Notes: a model not told the origin generated them from the sequence alone. Positions 28,492-39,498 are shown, numbered from the stretch's first letter. The stretch: DNA of 64,000 bases from an uncultured Anaerolineae bacterium (GCA_964603985.1 CAZRXG010000008.1:10531-74530), one strand, 5' to 3'. Translations and numbers: made by a program.

Positions 28492-29595
28492 TTAGCTGCT
28501 TTCTTTGTCCGTGTTTCCCCACGATACACCCCCCCGCGCCAACAGGGAACTTCTGACCGACTCAAGCAGCGCGTCGAGGTGGGCGGGCACGGTGCCGTCA
28601 AAAACCAGCTCACACGCCCCGCGCAGCCATTCGTCGACCGTATCCACGGCGAACGACCACGCCCCGCCGTCCCTGGCCCGCACCATGCGGGCTGCCCAGT
28701 GCGCGGCGACGTTGAGGTAGCGCAGCGGCACCCAGACGCGCATGCGACCGAGAATCGCGCGGGGGTCGGCGAGCGGGTAATGTGCCAGCAGCTCAAAGTG
28801 GCGATCTGTGTCAACGTACCAGGTCAGGAAGACGCCCAGGTCGGCCACCGGGTTATTCAGCCCCAGTTCCTCAAAGTCGATCAGACGTAGCGCACCCTGG
28901 CGGTTGACCATGAAGTTGCCGTGATTGGGGTCATTGTGGGCGGCGACGACGACCCCGATCCGCCCGGTGTGGCTGCGGATCGTCTCCAACTGCTCGAACA
29001 GATCCTCGACGATCGCGCTCAGAACGTTGATCTCGTGCAGGCCCGCTTCCCGCCAGCGGCCCGTCACAGCATCGAACCAGCGCTCGTGCGTCTCGCGCAG
29101 GTATGTAGCCAGGGGATGGAGGGCGGTCAGGTCTACGTCGTTCAGATCGAGGCACAGCGCCTTGTACAGAGGCTCGTACGTGTGCAGCCGGGTCAGCAGG
29201 GCGACGGCCTCGTCGGCGCGGGCCTCAAGCTCCTCGCGGGGCAGGGGGTGTAGACCGGCCTCGACGACGGCGGCCCGACCGCCCAGCGCCTCGCTCTCCG
29301 GCGTCAGGCCCAGGATGCGCGGCCCAATGCGGGCCTCGTACAGCAATTCGCCCAGTCGGAGGTGCCGCCAGCGGTCGGGGAAGCGGGTGGCCGGGCCGAG
29401 CAGGTACCTGACGTAAGCCCAGGGATGCCCGCTGGCATCGATCCGCCAGACGTGCTTGGCCGCCCAGCGGCTGACCAGCTTATACTCCGTCGTGCCCGGC
29501 AGTCGAATGTCAAGCTCGTGCAGCAGGCCATCCAGTTCCTGGTGGGTGGCCGGTCGGCGCTGTGACCGGCTGGAGCGGCTGGGTGTGGTGGGCAT
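28492..29595 (-). CDS. Phosphotransferase (APH/choline-kinase-like) family protein
   Basis: The catalytic loop HNDPNHGNFMV and the motif IDFEELGLNNPVADL are typical of the APH fold. Confidence 0.82.
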   Translation of the reverse strand: MPTTPSRSSRSQRRPATHQELDGLLHELDIRLPGTTEYKLVSRWAAKHVWRIDASGHPWAYVRYLLGPATRFPDRWRHLRLGELLYEARIGPRILGLTPESEALGGRAAVVEAGLHPLPREELEARADEAVALLTRLHTYEPLYKALCLDLNDVDLTALHPLATYLRETHERWFDAVTGRWREAGLHEINVLSAIVEDLFEQLETIRSHTGRIGVVVAAHNDPNHGNFMVNRQGALRLIDFEELGLNNPVADLGVFLTWYVDTDRHFELLAHYPLADPRAILGRMRVWVPLRYLNVAAHWAARMVRARDGGAWSFAVDTVDEWLRGACELVFDGTVPAHLDALLESVRSSLLARGGVSWGNTDKESS

Positions 29596-29597
29596 GC

Positions 29598-30512
29598 TTA
29601 CTCCGGGCGTCGCTGGGTGATCAGCATCATCCAGTCCCCCATCTGGCGCTGGCCGAGCAGCTTGAGGTCGATGGCGTCCAGCGCGGCGATGACCTCCGGG
29701 GCCTGATCCTCAATGATGCCGGAAAAGACGAACCTCGCCCAGGGATAGATGATGTGCTGGATGCCTTCCTGGGCCATCTTCAGGATGACCCTGGCGGTGA
29801 TGTTAGCCATGCCCAGGTCGAAGTGACGGGCGGTGCTGGTAAGCCCTTCGAGCGAGCCGTGCTGGACGGTGACACGGTCGGCGACGCCGTTGCGGGTCAC
29901 GTTCTCCTGCGCGACGCGCACGGCGGTCTGGTCGATATCGCGCGCCAGGATGCGGTGGCAGCCCAGTTTGGCGGCGGCGATGGACAGAATCCCGGAGCCG
30001 GTGCCCAGATCGACCATCGAGAGGCCGGGGCGGGCGAACCACTCGCAGGCCTGTAGGCACAGTTGGGTGGTGGGGTGCGTGCCCGTGCCGAAGGCCATGC
30101 CGGGGTCAAGCTCGATCACGATGTCGTCCGGCCCGGCCTTCACCTCGGCCCAGGCCGGTTTGATCAGCAGGCGCTCGCCGACGCGGATGGGATGATAGTG
30201 CTGCTTCCACGCCTCGGCCCAGTCCTCCTCTTTGACCACCCGGAAGTCGGGGGCGGGGATCGGGTGGAGGCGGCCCAGGTAGTACAGCGCCTCCTCGATG
30301 GCGCGCTGCGTATCGGCGGCGCGGTCGTCGGCGGGGATGTAGGCGCGCACCAGCAGCGGCCCTTCTGCGGATGGGGCTTCTTCGGGCCAGATCTCGCCGG
30401 GGAAGGCGTACTCAATGGCAACACCCCGGTGGACGTAGCGGCGCAGCACGTCAGCGACGGCCTCCGCGCCCTCGCCGTCGACGGTCAGGGAGATCTCGAT
30501 CCAGTCGGACAT
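29598..30512 (-). CDS. prmA: Ribosomal protein L11 methyltransferase
   Basis: The PrmA N-terminal region and the SAM motif DLGTGSGILSIAA are present. The start was placed at ATG 30512 (MSDWIEISL); the ORF itself opens at 30548. Confidence 0.88.
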   Translation of the reverse strand: MSDWIEISLTVDGEGAEAVADVLRRYVHRGVAIEYAFPGEIWPEEAPSAEGPLLVRAYIPADDRAADTQRAIEEALYYLGRLHPIPAPDFRVVKEEDWAEAWKQHYHPIRVGERLLIKPAWAEVKAGPDDIVIELDPGMAFGTGTHPTTQLCLQACEWFARPGLSMVDLGTGSGILSIAAAKLGCHRILARDIDQTAVRVAQENVTRNGVADRVTVQHGSLEGLTSTARHFDLGMANITARVILKMAQEGIQHIIYPWARFVFSGIIEDQAPEVIAALDAIDLKLLGQRQMGDWMMLITQRRPE

Positions 30513-30563
30513 GGGGGATATTGTACAGGCGAAAGGGGCTAAGCCCAAAAAGGGGTATTCAGT

Positions 30564-30591
30564 CCACGGATGGCACGGATGACACAGATTT
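30564..30591. repeat. 9-nt tandem motif CCACGGATGG|CACGGATGA|CACAGATTT
   Basis: Read directly. It is intergenic, between the prmA start and the GT87 stop. Confidence 0.85.
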
Positions 30592-30599
30592 GGTTTCGT

Positions 30600-31781
30600 T
30601 CAATGCGTGTGGTCTGTGCGCTCCGGGGCTGCCCGGCGGCGGGGGGCCAGGCTGATAGCGAGCGTCAGGGCGGCCAGCAGGGGGATGATCACCTGCTCGA
30701 TTGCCAGGGGGGTGCTCTGTTTCAGGTGCAACTCCCAGATCGCCCAGGGGGCCAGCACGAGCACGGCGGCCAGCCCGCGCGCACCCGGCCTCGCACCGGG
30801 GCGGACGGCGACCAGGGCCGTGAAGAGGGCCAGCGTCAGAGTGTAGCTACCCGTCTGGGGGACGGCCACCAGGACGAGTGGCAGCAGCGCGGCCACCGCC
30901 AGCGCCGGGCGGTGATTGGCTTCGCGGCGGGCGCGCCAGAAGGAATAAACCGCCGCCGCCGTGACTGCGATCCCCGCCAGCCATCCCCAGGGGGCAAACA
31001 GCGCGGGAGGCCACAGCACGGGCGCGTAACCGGCGTAGGCGGTGGCCCCGGCCAGAAAGTCGAGCGGCCAGGTGGGGCGGCGGACGAAGGCGGGCAGGCT
31101 CAACGCGGCCAGCCAGCCGATCCAGCCGGTCACCAGACGCGGGCGGCGCTCGGCGAGGGACAGGACGGCGAGCGCCAGCCCGACCGGGCCGCCCAGCTCG
31201 GGGCGCAGGGCGGCGAGTGCCAGGCACAGCCCGGCCCACGCGTCGTGCCCGCGACGGTAGAGCGTCACCGCACCGGCCACCGCCAGCCAGATGGCCACAC
31301 TGGTCTGGCCGATCACGTACACGATCCCGGCGTAGCGGAAGACGTAGGCGGCCAGCACCAGCAGCCCCATCCACACCGGGCGCGGCAGCCACCCCACGCC
31401 GTCGAGTGTCAGCGCAACGGCCAGCGCAATGCCCACCAGTTGCAGCGCCGACCAGATCGAGACGGCCACCGGGAATGGCAGCGCCAGGAAGGGGGCCAGC
31501 ATCACCACCGCGTAGGCGGGGTAGGCAAAACCCTGCTGGTTGGCCGCCGCCGGAAGCTCGCGCCCGAACACCGCGCGTTGAATGGCGCGCGCCGTCTCCA
31601 GGCTGTAGGGGTCTTCACCGGCCCAGAAGACGCGCCCGCCGTACCAGAGCGTGTAGAAGTCGAAGGCGTTGCCGCGCGCGGCGACCAGTATGCGGTAGGT
31701 GACCAGGCTGATCAGCCCCACCGTCAGAACGGCGAGGACGATCACCACGATCAGCAGGCGCTTCTTTGCAGGCTCGTTCAT
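30600..31781 (-). CDS. Polytopic membrane glycosyltransferase, GT87/DUF2029-like
   Basis: 393 aa with about 10 TM helices. The N-terminal loop motif AFDFYTLWYGGRVFWAGEDPYS is typical of DUF2029. Confidence 0.75.
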   Translation of the reverse strand: MNEPAKKRLLIVVIVLAVLTVGLISLVTYRILVAARGNAFDFYTLWYGGRVFWAGEDPYSLETARAIQRAVFGRELPAAANQQGFAYPAYAVVMLAPFLALPFPVAVSIWSALQLVGIALAVALTLDGVGWLPRPVWMGLLVLAAYVFRYAGIVYVIGQTSVAIWLAVAGAVTLYRRGHDAWAGLCLALAALRPELGGPVGLALAVLSLAERRPRLVTGWIGWLAALSLPAFVRRPTWPLDFLAGATAYAGYAPVLWPPALFAPWGWLAGIAVTAAAVYSFWRARREANHRPALAVAALLPLVLVAVPQTGSYTLTLALFTALVAVRPGARPGARGLAAVLVLAPWAIWELHLKQSTPLAIEQVIIPLLAALTLAISLAPRRRAAPERTDHTH

Positions 31782-34243
31782 GGTTCCAGCGGGAGATAGG
31801 GATCGTAGCGCAAAAGGTCGTCGTAGACGCCCTGGGCTTTCTCGTGCTCGCCTTCCCGCTCATACATGTGGGCCAGCTCCACCAATGCCAGGTACGACGG
31901 GTCGGGCGACGGTGCGACGAGGATGGGGAGCAGCGGGAAAGCGTCTTTGCGGCTGTAAACCGCGTAGCTCCACCCCTGGCGTATGAGGATCATCGGCCCG
32001 GCCCGCTGGTAGGCGTAGGCGGCAGTGGCGAGGTCGCCTTGGGCTTCGGCCAGGCGGGCGAGGGTCACGTAGGCGCGCCGGTGGCCGAGGAAAATCGCAA
32101 TGCGGGCATCGTGCTCGGCCTGCTCAAGATTCCCCAGTGCCAGGTGCGCTTCTGAGCGCAGGGAATAGAGATTCCCGTCGCGCCGGTCGGCCTTCAGGGC
32201 CCGGTCCAGCAGGCGCAGCGCTTCCTCCGGATCGCCTTCGATGTACAGGGCGATCTCGGCGTCGCAGCACTGCGTTTGGGTCGAGGCCGCCGACTCTTCC
32301 AGGCCCGCCAATCGAGGCCAGCACTCGGAGGAGATGATTCGAAGCTGCTCGACGGGCACGGTGGTGAAGCCCTGCTCTGCGAGGAAGTCCGCGTGGACAC
32401 TCTCTCTCAGCGGGGTGGCGCTCCAGTAGTCCGAGGCGGCCCAGTAACGGTGGCGCTCCAGCGCCAGGCTGTATGACCGGTAGGCGCGCGCGTCGTCGCC
32501 GAGCGCCTCGGCGTACTCGCCGACCCACAGGGAGTAGTGCGAGTCGCGCGGGAGGATGTCTGCCGCGCGCTGCATCTCCGCCAGCGCCGCCTCCAGGTCG
32601 CCGGAACGCGCCAGCAGCGCGGCGTGGTTGGCGTGCATCACGTCGTGGGTGTCTTCGTAGCGGAAGGCTTCCCGGTAGGCCGCGAGCGCGTCCGGGAGAT
32701 AGGTTTCGTCCTGCGCGGCCAGCGTGCCGAGGTAGCGGGCGCGCTGGGCGGCGTACAGGCCGAGCGCCGGGTCGAGGCGGCGGGCGGTGTCGATGGCGTC
32801 GAGGGCGGACGGCAGGTCGCCCTGCGCTTCGTATTTGTTGGCCTGCACGGAGAAGTAGTAGGCGCGGTGGGATAAGGCCCACCCCGCAGCGGCGGTGATC
32901 AGCAGGGCCAGCAGCGCCGCCGGAAGAACGCGGCGGATACGACCCGGTTCGCGTTGCTCACCCTTCAGGGGGGTGACCAGGTAGGCCGCGAAGGTGAAGA
33001 CCGGCAGCAGGTTAGGCGTGATGGAGAACGCGTCAACGAGGTTGTGGGCGCTGAACCCCAGCAGCGCGGCGCACACCCCGGCCACACGGACGCGCTCCGG
33101 GCCGTCGGCCTGCCGCCAGCGCCGGAAACCCACCCAGACCACCGTCCCGGCCAGCCAGGCCAGCGCCAGCACGCCCGGAATCCCCGCTTCGGCCCACACG
33201 AACAGGGGGAAATTGTCGGGGCGCAGCAGGTAATCGCGGGCGAGCTGTGGGTCACGGTACAGGCGCAGCCCGCGCCCGAAGCCATACGGCCCGGCCCCGG
33301 TCAGCGGGTCGTGGCGACCGGTCTCCCACGCGCTGTGCCACATGTCGAGGCGCACCGCGTCGCCCGATGCGCTCGAATAGCCGGTCAGGCTGCTGCGCAC
33401 TGCGTCCAGGCGAATCACCGCCGCGGCCAGCACAACCGCCAGCGCCGGGACGATCACGATCAGCGCGGCGCGCACGCGCCGGTCGGACAGCAGCGCCTGT
33501 GCCCGATCCCGCCAGCGCGAACTCCCGACCAGGAACAGGAACGCAAAAACCGACAGCGAAACCGCCGCCGAGAGGATCCCCCCGCGCGAGAGGGTCAGGA
33601 GCAGCCCGATCAGCGCACCGGCCAGCCACAGCGCCAGCATTTGCCGGGTCTGCTTCGAGCGCGTCGCGACGGCCCACGCCAGCCCGACCGGAACCCACAC
33701 GGCCAGATAGCCGGAGACGCGCGTCGAGCCGAGCGGCCCGATGCTCAGCCGGTAGGAAACCGGCGGGATGGGGTCGCGCAGGCCGCCGAGCGCAAACCAG
33801 CCGCCGCCGAAGGAAAGCAGGCCGAAGTACCAGGCGATAAGCTGGACGAAGCCGATCAGGATCATGACCGCCGCAGTGAAAAACATCGGTTTGAGGACCG
33901 CGTTGGGGTGGTGGGTGCGCATCAGGCCGACCAGCAGGTAGAACAGCAGGCTGTGCATTCCCAGTTCCCACAACTGCTCGACGCTGACGCGCACGTCGAG
34001 GGCGAAGACCGTCGCCAGGACGTAGACCAGGAAATACGCCGCCAGGGGCCGGTCGAGGGGAGTGGCGGGGAAGGGCTTGCGCCGCACAAGCAGGCTCACC
34101 AGCCAGCCGCCCAGTAGCAGCGTCAGCAGGGCGTGGTGTGCGACGCGTGGCCAGAACAGCACGTTGGTGAAGGACGTGCCGCCCAGCAGCGTAAGGTAGA
34201 GGGCCAGGGTGGTGATGATAACGCTGCGTACTTTGCGGCTCAT
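31778..34243 (-). CDS. O-antigen ligase/Wzy-like polymerase domain fused to C-terminal TPR repeats
   Basis: 821 aa. The polytopic N-terminal half carries a Wzy_C-like LTLSRGG motif. The C-terminal ~350 aa are TPR-like (Y..A.....G....A...). It overlaps the downstream gene by 4 nt. Confidence 0.8.
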   Translation of the reverse strand: MSRKVRSVIITTLALYLTLLGGTSFTNVLFWPRVAHHALLTLLLGGWLVSLLVRRKPFPATPLDRPLAAYFLVYVLATVFALDVRVSVEQLWELGMHSLLFYLLVGLMRTHHPNAVLKPMFFTAAVMILIGFVQLIAWYFGLLSFGGGWFALGGLRDPIPPVSYRLSIGPLGSTRVSGYLAVWVPVGLAWAVATRSKQTRQMLALWLAGALIGLLLTLSRGGILSAAVSLSVFAFLFLVGSSRWRDRAQALLSDRRVRAALIVIVPALAVVLAAAVIRLDAVRSSLTGYSSASGDAVRLDMWHSAWETGRHDPLTGAGPYGFGRGLRLYRDPQLARDYLLRPDNFPLFVWAEAGIPGVLALAWLAGTVVWVGFRRWRQADGPERVRVAGVCAALLGFSAHNLVDAFSITPNLLPVFTFAAYLVTPLKGEQREPGRIRRVLPAALLALLITAAAGWALSHRAYYFSVQANKYEAQGDLPSALDAIDTARRLDPALGLYAAQRARYLGTLAAQDETYLPDALAAYREAFRYEDTHDVMHANHAALLARSGDLEAALAEMQRAADILPRDSHYSLWVGEYAEALGDDARAYRSYSLALERHRYWAASDYWSATPLRESVHADFLAEQGFTTVPVEQLRIISSECWPRLAGLEESAASTQTQCCDAEIALYIEGDPEEALRLLDRALKADRRDGNLYSLRSEAHLALGNLEQAEHDARIAIFLGHRRAYVTLARLAEAQGDLATAAYAYQRAGPMILIRQGWSYAVYSRKDAFPLLPILVAPSPDPSYLALVELAHMYEREGEHEKAQGVYDDLLRYDPYLPLEP

Positions 34244-34400
34244 GGCTCCCTGTGTCGGTGACCCGGCTGTCCCGGACGATGGGCGGGGGCGACCCGTTTT
34301 ACGCAGACCCCTTCAAACAGGGGCCGGGATGGTCAGAGATATGGAACCGCCAACCGGCAGGCTCAACGCTGCGGCATCGTCAGGCGCGGGCCGGGCCGCC

Positions 34401-35552
34401 TCACTCCCCGCCCAGCCAGTCGAGGACGCGCTCGAAGAAGCCCCTCTCGTTGGCCGGTGGGATGACGGCGTCGCCCAACGTCTCGCCCAGTTGCTCAAAC
34501 AATTCACGCTGCTCCGGTGTGAGCTGGCCCGGGATATCCACCTCGACCATCACCTGGAGGTTGCCGTAGCCGGTGTGCGTGCCGTCGCGGCGCAGACGCG
34601 GGACGCCCTTGTTCTTGATGATGAGCACCTCGCCCGACTGCGTGCCGGGCGGGATGATGAATTCCTCCTCGGTCTCGCCCAGCGGCGTGAGCACGGGGAC
34701 CATCAGCGTGTGACCCAGCGCGGCCTGGGCGACGTTGATCTGGAGCTTGATGAGCAGGTCGTCACCCCGGCGGCGAAAATAGGGATGGGGCCGCACCGAG
34801 AGCACGATGTACAGGTTGCCCGGCGGGCCGCCGTTGGTGCCCGGCTCGCCCTCGCCGCTGATGCGGATCTGAGTGCCGTGATCGACCCCGGCGGGGATGC
34901 TGACCGTCAGGCGGCGGGTGTCGCGGATCTGGCCGCGCCCGGAGCAGCGGCGGCAGGGGGTGGTGACGATCTCACCGGTTCCATTGCACTCCGGGCAGGT
35001 GGTGATGTTGACCATCTGGCCCAGGAAGGTCTGGCGCACGTTGCGCACCTCGCCCGTCCCGTTGCAGGTTGGGCAGCGTGTGGGGGTGGTGCCCGGCTCG
35101 GCGCGCGAACCGTTGCACACCGGGCAGGTGGCCGTCCGCTCAAACTCGATCTCGCGCTCGGTGCCGAAGATCGCTTCCTCGAACTCGATCGTCAGGCGGT
35201 ACTGCAAATCCTGGCCGCGGCGGGGGCCGCGACGGGTGCGCGTGGTGCGGAATCCACCGCCGAAGAACTCGCTGAAGATGTCGCTGAAGTCAGTGAAACC
35301 GGCGAATGGGTCGCCTCCCCCGGCACTGCCGACGGCGGTGTGACCGAAGCGGTCGTAAGCGGCCCGCTTCTGCGGATCGCTGAGCACCTCGTAGGCCTCG
35401 TTGATCTCCTTGAACCGCTCTTCGGCGTCGGCGGCGTCGCTGACATCGGGGTGATGCTGGCGCGCTTTACGCCGGAAGGCGCGTTTTAGCTCTTCGTTGG
35501 AGGCGTTGCGGCCAACGCCCAGAGTTTCGTAATAGTCCCGCTTGCGTACCAT
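34401..35552 (-). CDS. dnaJ: Molecular chaperone DnaJ
   Basis: The J-domain with HPD (ARQHHPDVS), a G/F region and four CxxCxGxG zinc motifs are present. Confidence 0.96.
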   Translation of the reverse strand: MVRKRDYYETLGVGRNASNEELKRAFRRKARQHHPDVSDAADAEERFKEINEAYEVLSDPQKRAAYDRFGHTAVGSAGGGDPFAGFTDFSDIFSEFFGGGFRTTRTRRGPRRGQDLQYRLTIEFEEAIFGTEREIEFERTATCPVCNGSRAEPGTTPTRCPTCNGTGEVRNVRQTFLGQMVNITTCPECNGTGEIVTTPCRRCSGRGQIRDTRRLTVSIPAGVDHGTQIRISGEGEPGTNGGPPGNLYIVLSVRPHPYFRRRGDDLLIKLQINVAQAALGHTLMVPVLTPLGETEEEFIIPPGTQSGEVLIIKNKGVPRLRRDGTHTGYGNLQVMVEVDIPGQLTPEQRELFEQLGETLGDAVIPPANERGFFERVLDWLGGE

Positions 35553-35698
35553 TGGCGATAATTCACTTCCCTGTAAACATTCCGACGGAGCGGCTTCAGA
35601 TTATAGCGCCGGGGGACGCGTCTGCGCCACAGCTTATCACGACCCCGGGTGTTTCCCCAAAAAGCCGGGTCTCAGTGTGGAACCGCCGCCGGGCACGG

Positions 35699-36766
35699 CT
35701 ACGGCAGCCACAACCGGCTGTGATCGCCCAGGTTCATCTTGATGGCCCTGGGCTTGCGCCCGTCGTGTTTGATGGTCGCGTGCCGCCCGATCAGGCTGTC
35801 CTGGATGCGCGTCCTGACATCCAGGATACGGCAGTGCTCCAGCACGATGCAGCGCTCAAGCTCGCTGTTCTCGACGGTCACGTTGTGGTAGATGCTGGTG
35901 AAGGGGCCGACGTAGCTGTTCTCGATGCGGGTGTTCTCGCCGATGATGGCCGGTCCCCGGATGACGCTGTTGATCACCTGCGCGCCCGCCTCGACCGTGA
36001 CGCGGGCGTCGATGCGGGACTGCGCGTCAACCGTCCCGGCAATGCAGGGCGTCAGCTCCTCCAGGACGTAGGCGTTGGCTTCGAGCATGTCGGTCGGCTT
36101 GCCGGTGTCGATCCACCACCCCTGGTGGACGTAGGGAAAGACCCGGTAGCCGCTGCCGACCAGCCATTGGATGGCGTCGGTGATCTCAAGCTCGCCGCGC
36201 CGCGAAGGTTCAATCGCGTTGACCGCCTCGAAGATGCTGGCGTCGAACATGTAGATGCCGACCAGCGCCAGGTTGGAGGGCGGATCCTGGGGCTTCTCGA
36301 TCAGGCGCTTGATCTGCCCGCTGCCGTCCAGTTCGGCCACGCCGAAGTGCTCCGGGTCGGGCATTTCCTTGAGCACGATCTGGCTGTTCCACTCGCTTCC
36401 GGCGAACTGTTTGATGAGCGTGCTGATGCCGCCCTCGATCACGTTGTCGCCCAGGAACATCACGAAACGCTCGTCGCCCAGGTAATCCTGTGCGATCTTG
36501 ACGGCGTGCGCCAAGCCAAGCGGCGCTTCCTGCGGGATGTACTCGACCGCGACGCCCCAGCGATCCCCGTCGCCGACCGCCTCCACGATCTCCGGCGCGG
36601 TGTCGCCGACCACGATGCCGATCTCGTCGATGCCCGCGTCGTGGATGGCCTCGATCACGCGGAACAGGACCGGCTTGTTGGCGACCGGGATCAACTGCTT
36701 GGCGCGGGTGTAGGTCAGCGGATAGAGGCGCGTTCCCTTCCCCCCCGAAAGGATCAGTCCTTTCAC
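35699..36766 (-). CDS. rmlA: Glucose-1-phosphate thymidylyltransferase, long form with a left-handed beta-helix C-terminus
   Basis: The N-terminus GLILSGGKGTRLYPLTYTRAKQL is followed by a C-terminal hexapeptide-repeat region. 355 aa. Confidence 0.85.
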   Translation of the reverse strand: MKGLILSGGKGTRLYPLTYTRAKQLIPVANKPVLFRVIEAIHDAGIDEIGIVVGDTAPEIVEAVGDGDRWGVAVEYIPQEAPLGLAHAVKIAQDYLGDERFVMFLGDNVIEGGISTLIKQFAGSEWNSQIVLKEMPDPEHFGVAELDGSGQIKRLIEKPQDPPSNLALVGIYMFDASIFEAVNAIEPSRRGELEITDAIQWLVGSGYRVFPYVHQGWWIDTGKPTDMLEANAYVLEELTPCIAGTVDAQSRIDARVTVEAGAQVINSVIRGPAIIGENTRIENSYVGPFTSIYHNVTVENSELERCIVLEHCRILDVRTRIQDSLIGRHATIKHDGRKPRAIKMNLGDHSRLWLP

Positions 36767-36850
36767 CGTTTACTCTCCTGATGGCTGCGAAGCCGGGTCG
36801 ATCTGGCGTAGGTGGTGCCCTGAGCAAGCGCCGGGATGGACACGGCCCGG

Positions 36851-37924
36851 CTATTCGTCGTCCCCGTCCTCCGGTGGTCTCCCTATGCCCTGCTCGGTCT
36901 TGGCGAGTGAAGCGGGCGGCGTCCTGTCCCGGTCGGTCGGCGCTTTCTTTCTCCTGCTGGTCAGGTCTTCCGAAGAAAAGAACATCTCCGGCTTCGAGTC
37001 GATCTCCGGCCCGGCAGGTCGGCTCCTGGCCTGCTGAACGGTGGGCATCTCCTCTTCCTCTTCGTAGTACCAGCGCGGGTGACGCGGCAGCCGCGCGATG
37101 TCCTCGCCGTCCATCGCCCGGCGGATCAGCTCGCCGATGCGCACCCCCCACCAGCGCAGCACCGCCGCGCCGATGTCGGCGTTGGCGTGGGCCGGACCGG
37201 CTCCGACGTACCCCGGCCAGTCGGGCATCTGGTAGAGCTGGTTCCACTCGATGCTGCGCAGCGTCTTGTAGATCGGGTTGACCAGTTCGGGGCGCAGGTG
37301 GAGCATCATCGAGGTTTCAAACATCGAGGCGTGGATGCTGCCCTTGAGCGCGACCTCTTCCTCCGGGTTCAGGGGGCGACCGAGCAGCGTCGCCAGGCCG
37401 GGGATCATGTCTTCCTCGGCCCCCTCCTTGACGTAGCCCATCGGCTCGTACATCACCAGGCCGGGGTGCCGGGCGCGCATCTCGGTGCAGACCTCTTCCA
37501 GCACGATGCTCTGATCTTTGCCGCCGTGAAAGCCGACCGGGAAGATCCAGCGGAAGCCGTAGCGTACCATGTGCCCCAGCAGGTCGGTGATCAGGCCCTT
37601 GAACGTCTCGCGGCTGAGCCACACGCTCCCCGAATGGGCGAACAGCTCAGGACGCCGCAGGTCGACCGGGTCGGTGCCGTAGGGGACCGTCGGCAGGAGC
37701 AGGACATGAAGCCGGGTATCGCCCTCCAGGAGCCACGCCGCCGCCGCCGTCGTCACCGCCTCGACGGCAAAAGTGTCGGTTCCAAGCGGCAGGTGATCGG
37801 CGTGCTCCTCCAGCATCCCGACCGGCAGCAGCACCACCGTCCCGGAGCGGTCGAGCGCTCTGAAGTCCTTCAGGCTCAGGTTAGCGAGCCGGCGCAAACG
37901 TGTGTGTACCATGTATGACGCCAT
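36851..37924 (-). CDS. Creatininase-family amidohydrolase with a charged C-terminal extension
   Basis: The motif LLPVGMLEEHADHLPLGTD matches the creatininase family. About 90 extra C-terminal residues are rich in E, P and R. Confidence 0.8.
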   Translation of the reverse strand: MASYMVHTRLRRLANLSLKDFRALDRSGTVVLLPVGMLEEHADHLPLGTDTFAVEAVTTAAAAWLLEGDTRLHVLLLPTVPYGTDPVDLRRPELFAHSGSVWLSRETFKGLITDLLGHMVRYGFRWIFPVGFHGGKDQSIVLEEVCTEMRARHPGLVMYEPMGYVKEGAEEDMIPGLATLLGRPLNPEEEVALKGSIHASMFETSMMLHLRPELVNPIYKTLRSIEWNQLYQMPDWPGYVGAGPAHANADIGAAVLRWWGVRIGELIRRAMDGEDIARLPRHPRWYYEEEEEMPTVQQARSRPAGPEIDSKPEMFFSSEDLTSRRKKAPTDRDRTPPASLAKTEQGIGRPPEDGDDE

Positions 37925-37974
37925 GAGTCCCTCCTGGGGCCACCTGAGCGAACGCCCAGCCTGCCTCGTTGTGT

Positions 37975-38634
37975 CTAGTCGCCGTAGTAGCCGCCCATGC
38001 GGGCGTCAACCTGTGCGTTGGTCAGCACTGCCCCAACAATACGCACATTGACCCGTTCAAGCAAGTCTCTGGCCTGCTCGGCGTGCTCGCGGCGCGTGCC
38101 GCCCGCGCGGATGACCATCAGCACCCCGTCGAGCTTGGCCGCCAGCAGGGTGGCGTCGGTGACGGCGATGACGGGCGGCGCGTCGAACAGGATGAAGTCG
38201 GCCTCCTGCTTAAGCTGCTCGACGATGGCGTCCATGCGCGGCGAGCCGATCAGGTCGGCGGGATTGGGCGGCAGGGGGCCGCTGGGCAGCAGGCGCAGGT
38301 TCTCGATCCCCACATCGACCAGCGGCGGCGCGGCCGTCTCTTCGAGCATCATGCTCGTCAGGCCCGGCTCCGGCTCGACGCCCCAGAGGGTGTGCTGGCG
38401 GGGCCGCCGCAGGTCGCAGTCGACGATGAGGGTCTTTTTCCCGCCCTGGGCCAGCGTCACGGCCAGGTTGGCGACGGCGGTGCTCTTGCCCTCCTCCGGC
38501 GTGGGACTGGTCATGACCAGCGTGTGGAGCGGCTCGTTGATGCTCGAAAAGATCAGATTGGTACGCAGTGCGCGGTACGCCTCGCTGGCCGGTGAGCGCG
38601 GGTTGGTCAGCGTGATCAGGTTTGCTTGAGTCAT
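37975..38634 (-). CDS. Polysaccharide co-polymerase-associated tyrosine autokinase (CpsD/CapB-type BY-kinase)
   Basis: Walker A motif SPTPEEGKST and Walker A'/B motifs LIVDCDLRRP and ILFDAPP are present, with a C-terminal Tyr cluster GGYYGD. The start was placed at ATG 38634. Confidence 0.88.
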   Translation of the reverse strand: MTQANLITLTNPRSPASEAYRALRTNLIFSSINEPLHTLVMTSPTPEEGKSTAVANLAVTLAQGGKKTLIVDCDLRRPRQHTLWGVEPEPGLTSMMLEETAAPPLVDVGIENLRLLPSGPLPPNPADLIGSPRMDAIVEQLKQEADFILFDAPPVIAVTDATLLAAKLDGVLMVIRAGGTRREHAEQARDLLERVNVRIVGAVLTNAQVDARMGGYYGD

Positions 38635-38832
38635 AACAACCTCGTATCCGATCTCCATCCGGTCGACCCGGCGAATAAGCTTCGCGGTTGTCGACCTCAT
38701 TCAGTCCGGTTACAGTTGGCCGAACCTCCGGCTTTGACCGCGTACCTATGATCGCTCCGGGGCGGTGCATCTACCAGTACGATCTCCTTCCCGGAAGGGT
38801 TGTAAGGCACGCAGCCCGGCGCGGCGGCCCGG

Positions 38833-39498
38833 TCAGCCCTCGGCGGGGGGGATGGCCCCCAGCACCGGCATCGACAGGACGCGGTCCACGTCCTCCGGCG
38901 AGCGGAGCACGCCCGCTTCCAGGTACTCCAGCACGAAAACAATCGCCAGCCCGACCATCAGGCCGAGGATGGCCCCGGCTGCCGTGTTGATCTTGGTCTT
39001 GGGGCTGTGCAGCACGTAGCGCGGGTCGTCGATGATCTGGGCGTCGATGCGGTCCTCGCGGTAGACTTTCTGGTTCTCCTCGTTGCGCCACTGGATGAAA
39101 AGCTCGGCCCAGGTGCGGGCGATGTCGTTCGCCACGTCGCCGTCGGCATTTTCCGCGTCAACCTGGATCACCAGCCGCGAGTCGTCGCTGGCGATGGTGA
39201 CATCGCTGCGCAGATCCTCCGGCAGCATGTCAAGCTTGAGGGTGTCGATCACGTCGGCAGCGCGGTAGTTGGAGTCCATCCAGGCGACGTAGGAGCGCAG
39301 CAGGTACTTGGCTGCCTGTGCCTGCCCGAAGTCGGTCCGGGCGGGCTGCACCAGGACCTTGATGGTCGATTTGTAGACCGGCGCACGCCGTTCGATGATG
39401 GTGCTGAAGCCGAAGGCCGCCGCCGCCGCGATGACGGCCAGCAGCAGCATGATCCAGCCGCGCCGCCAGATAATTCGCATGTAGGTCTGTAACTGCAT
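38833..39498 (-). CDS. Wzz/CpsC-like chain-length determinant protein (copy 2)
   Basis: N- and C-terminal TM helices flank a periplasmic-type domain. The C-terminal tail is VLSMPVLGAIP. An SD GGAGG precedes it. Confidence 0.8.
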   Translation of the reverse strand: MQLQTYMRIIWRRGWIMLLLAVIAAAAAFGFSTIIERRAPVYKSTIKVLVQPARTDFGQAQAAKYLLRSYVAWMDSNYRAADVIDTLKLDMLPEDLRSDVTIASDDSRLVIQVDAENADGDVANDIARTWAELFIQWRNEENQKVYREDRIDAQIIDDPRYVLHSPKTKINTAAGAILGLMVGLAIVFVLEYLEAGVLRSPEDVDRVLSMPVLGAIPPAEG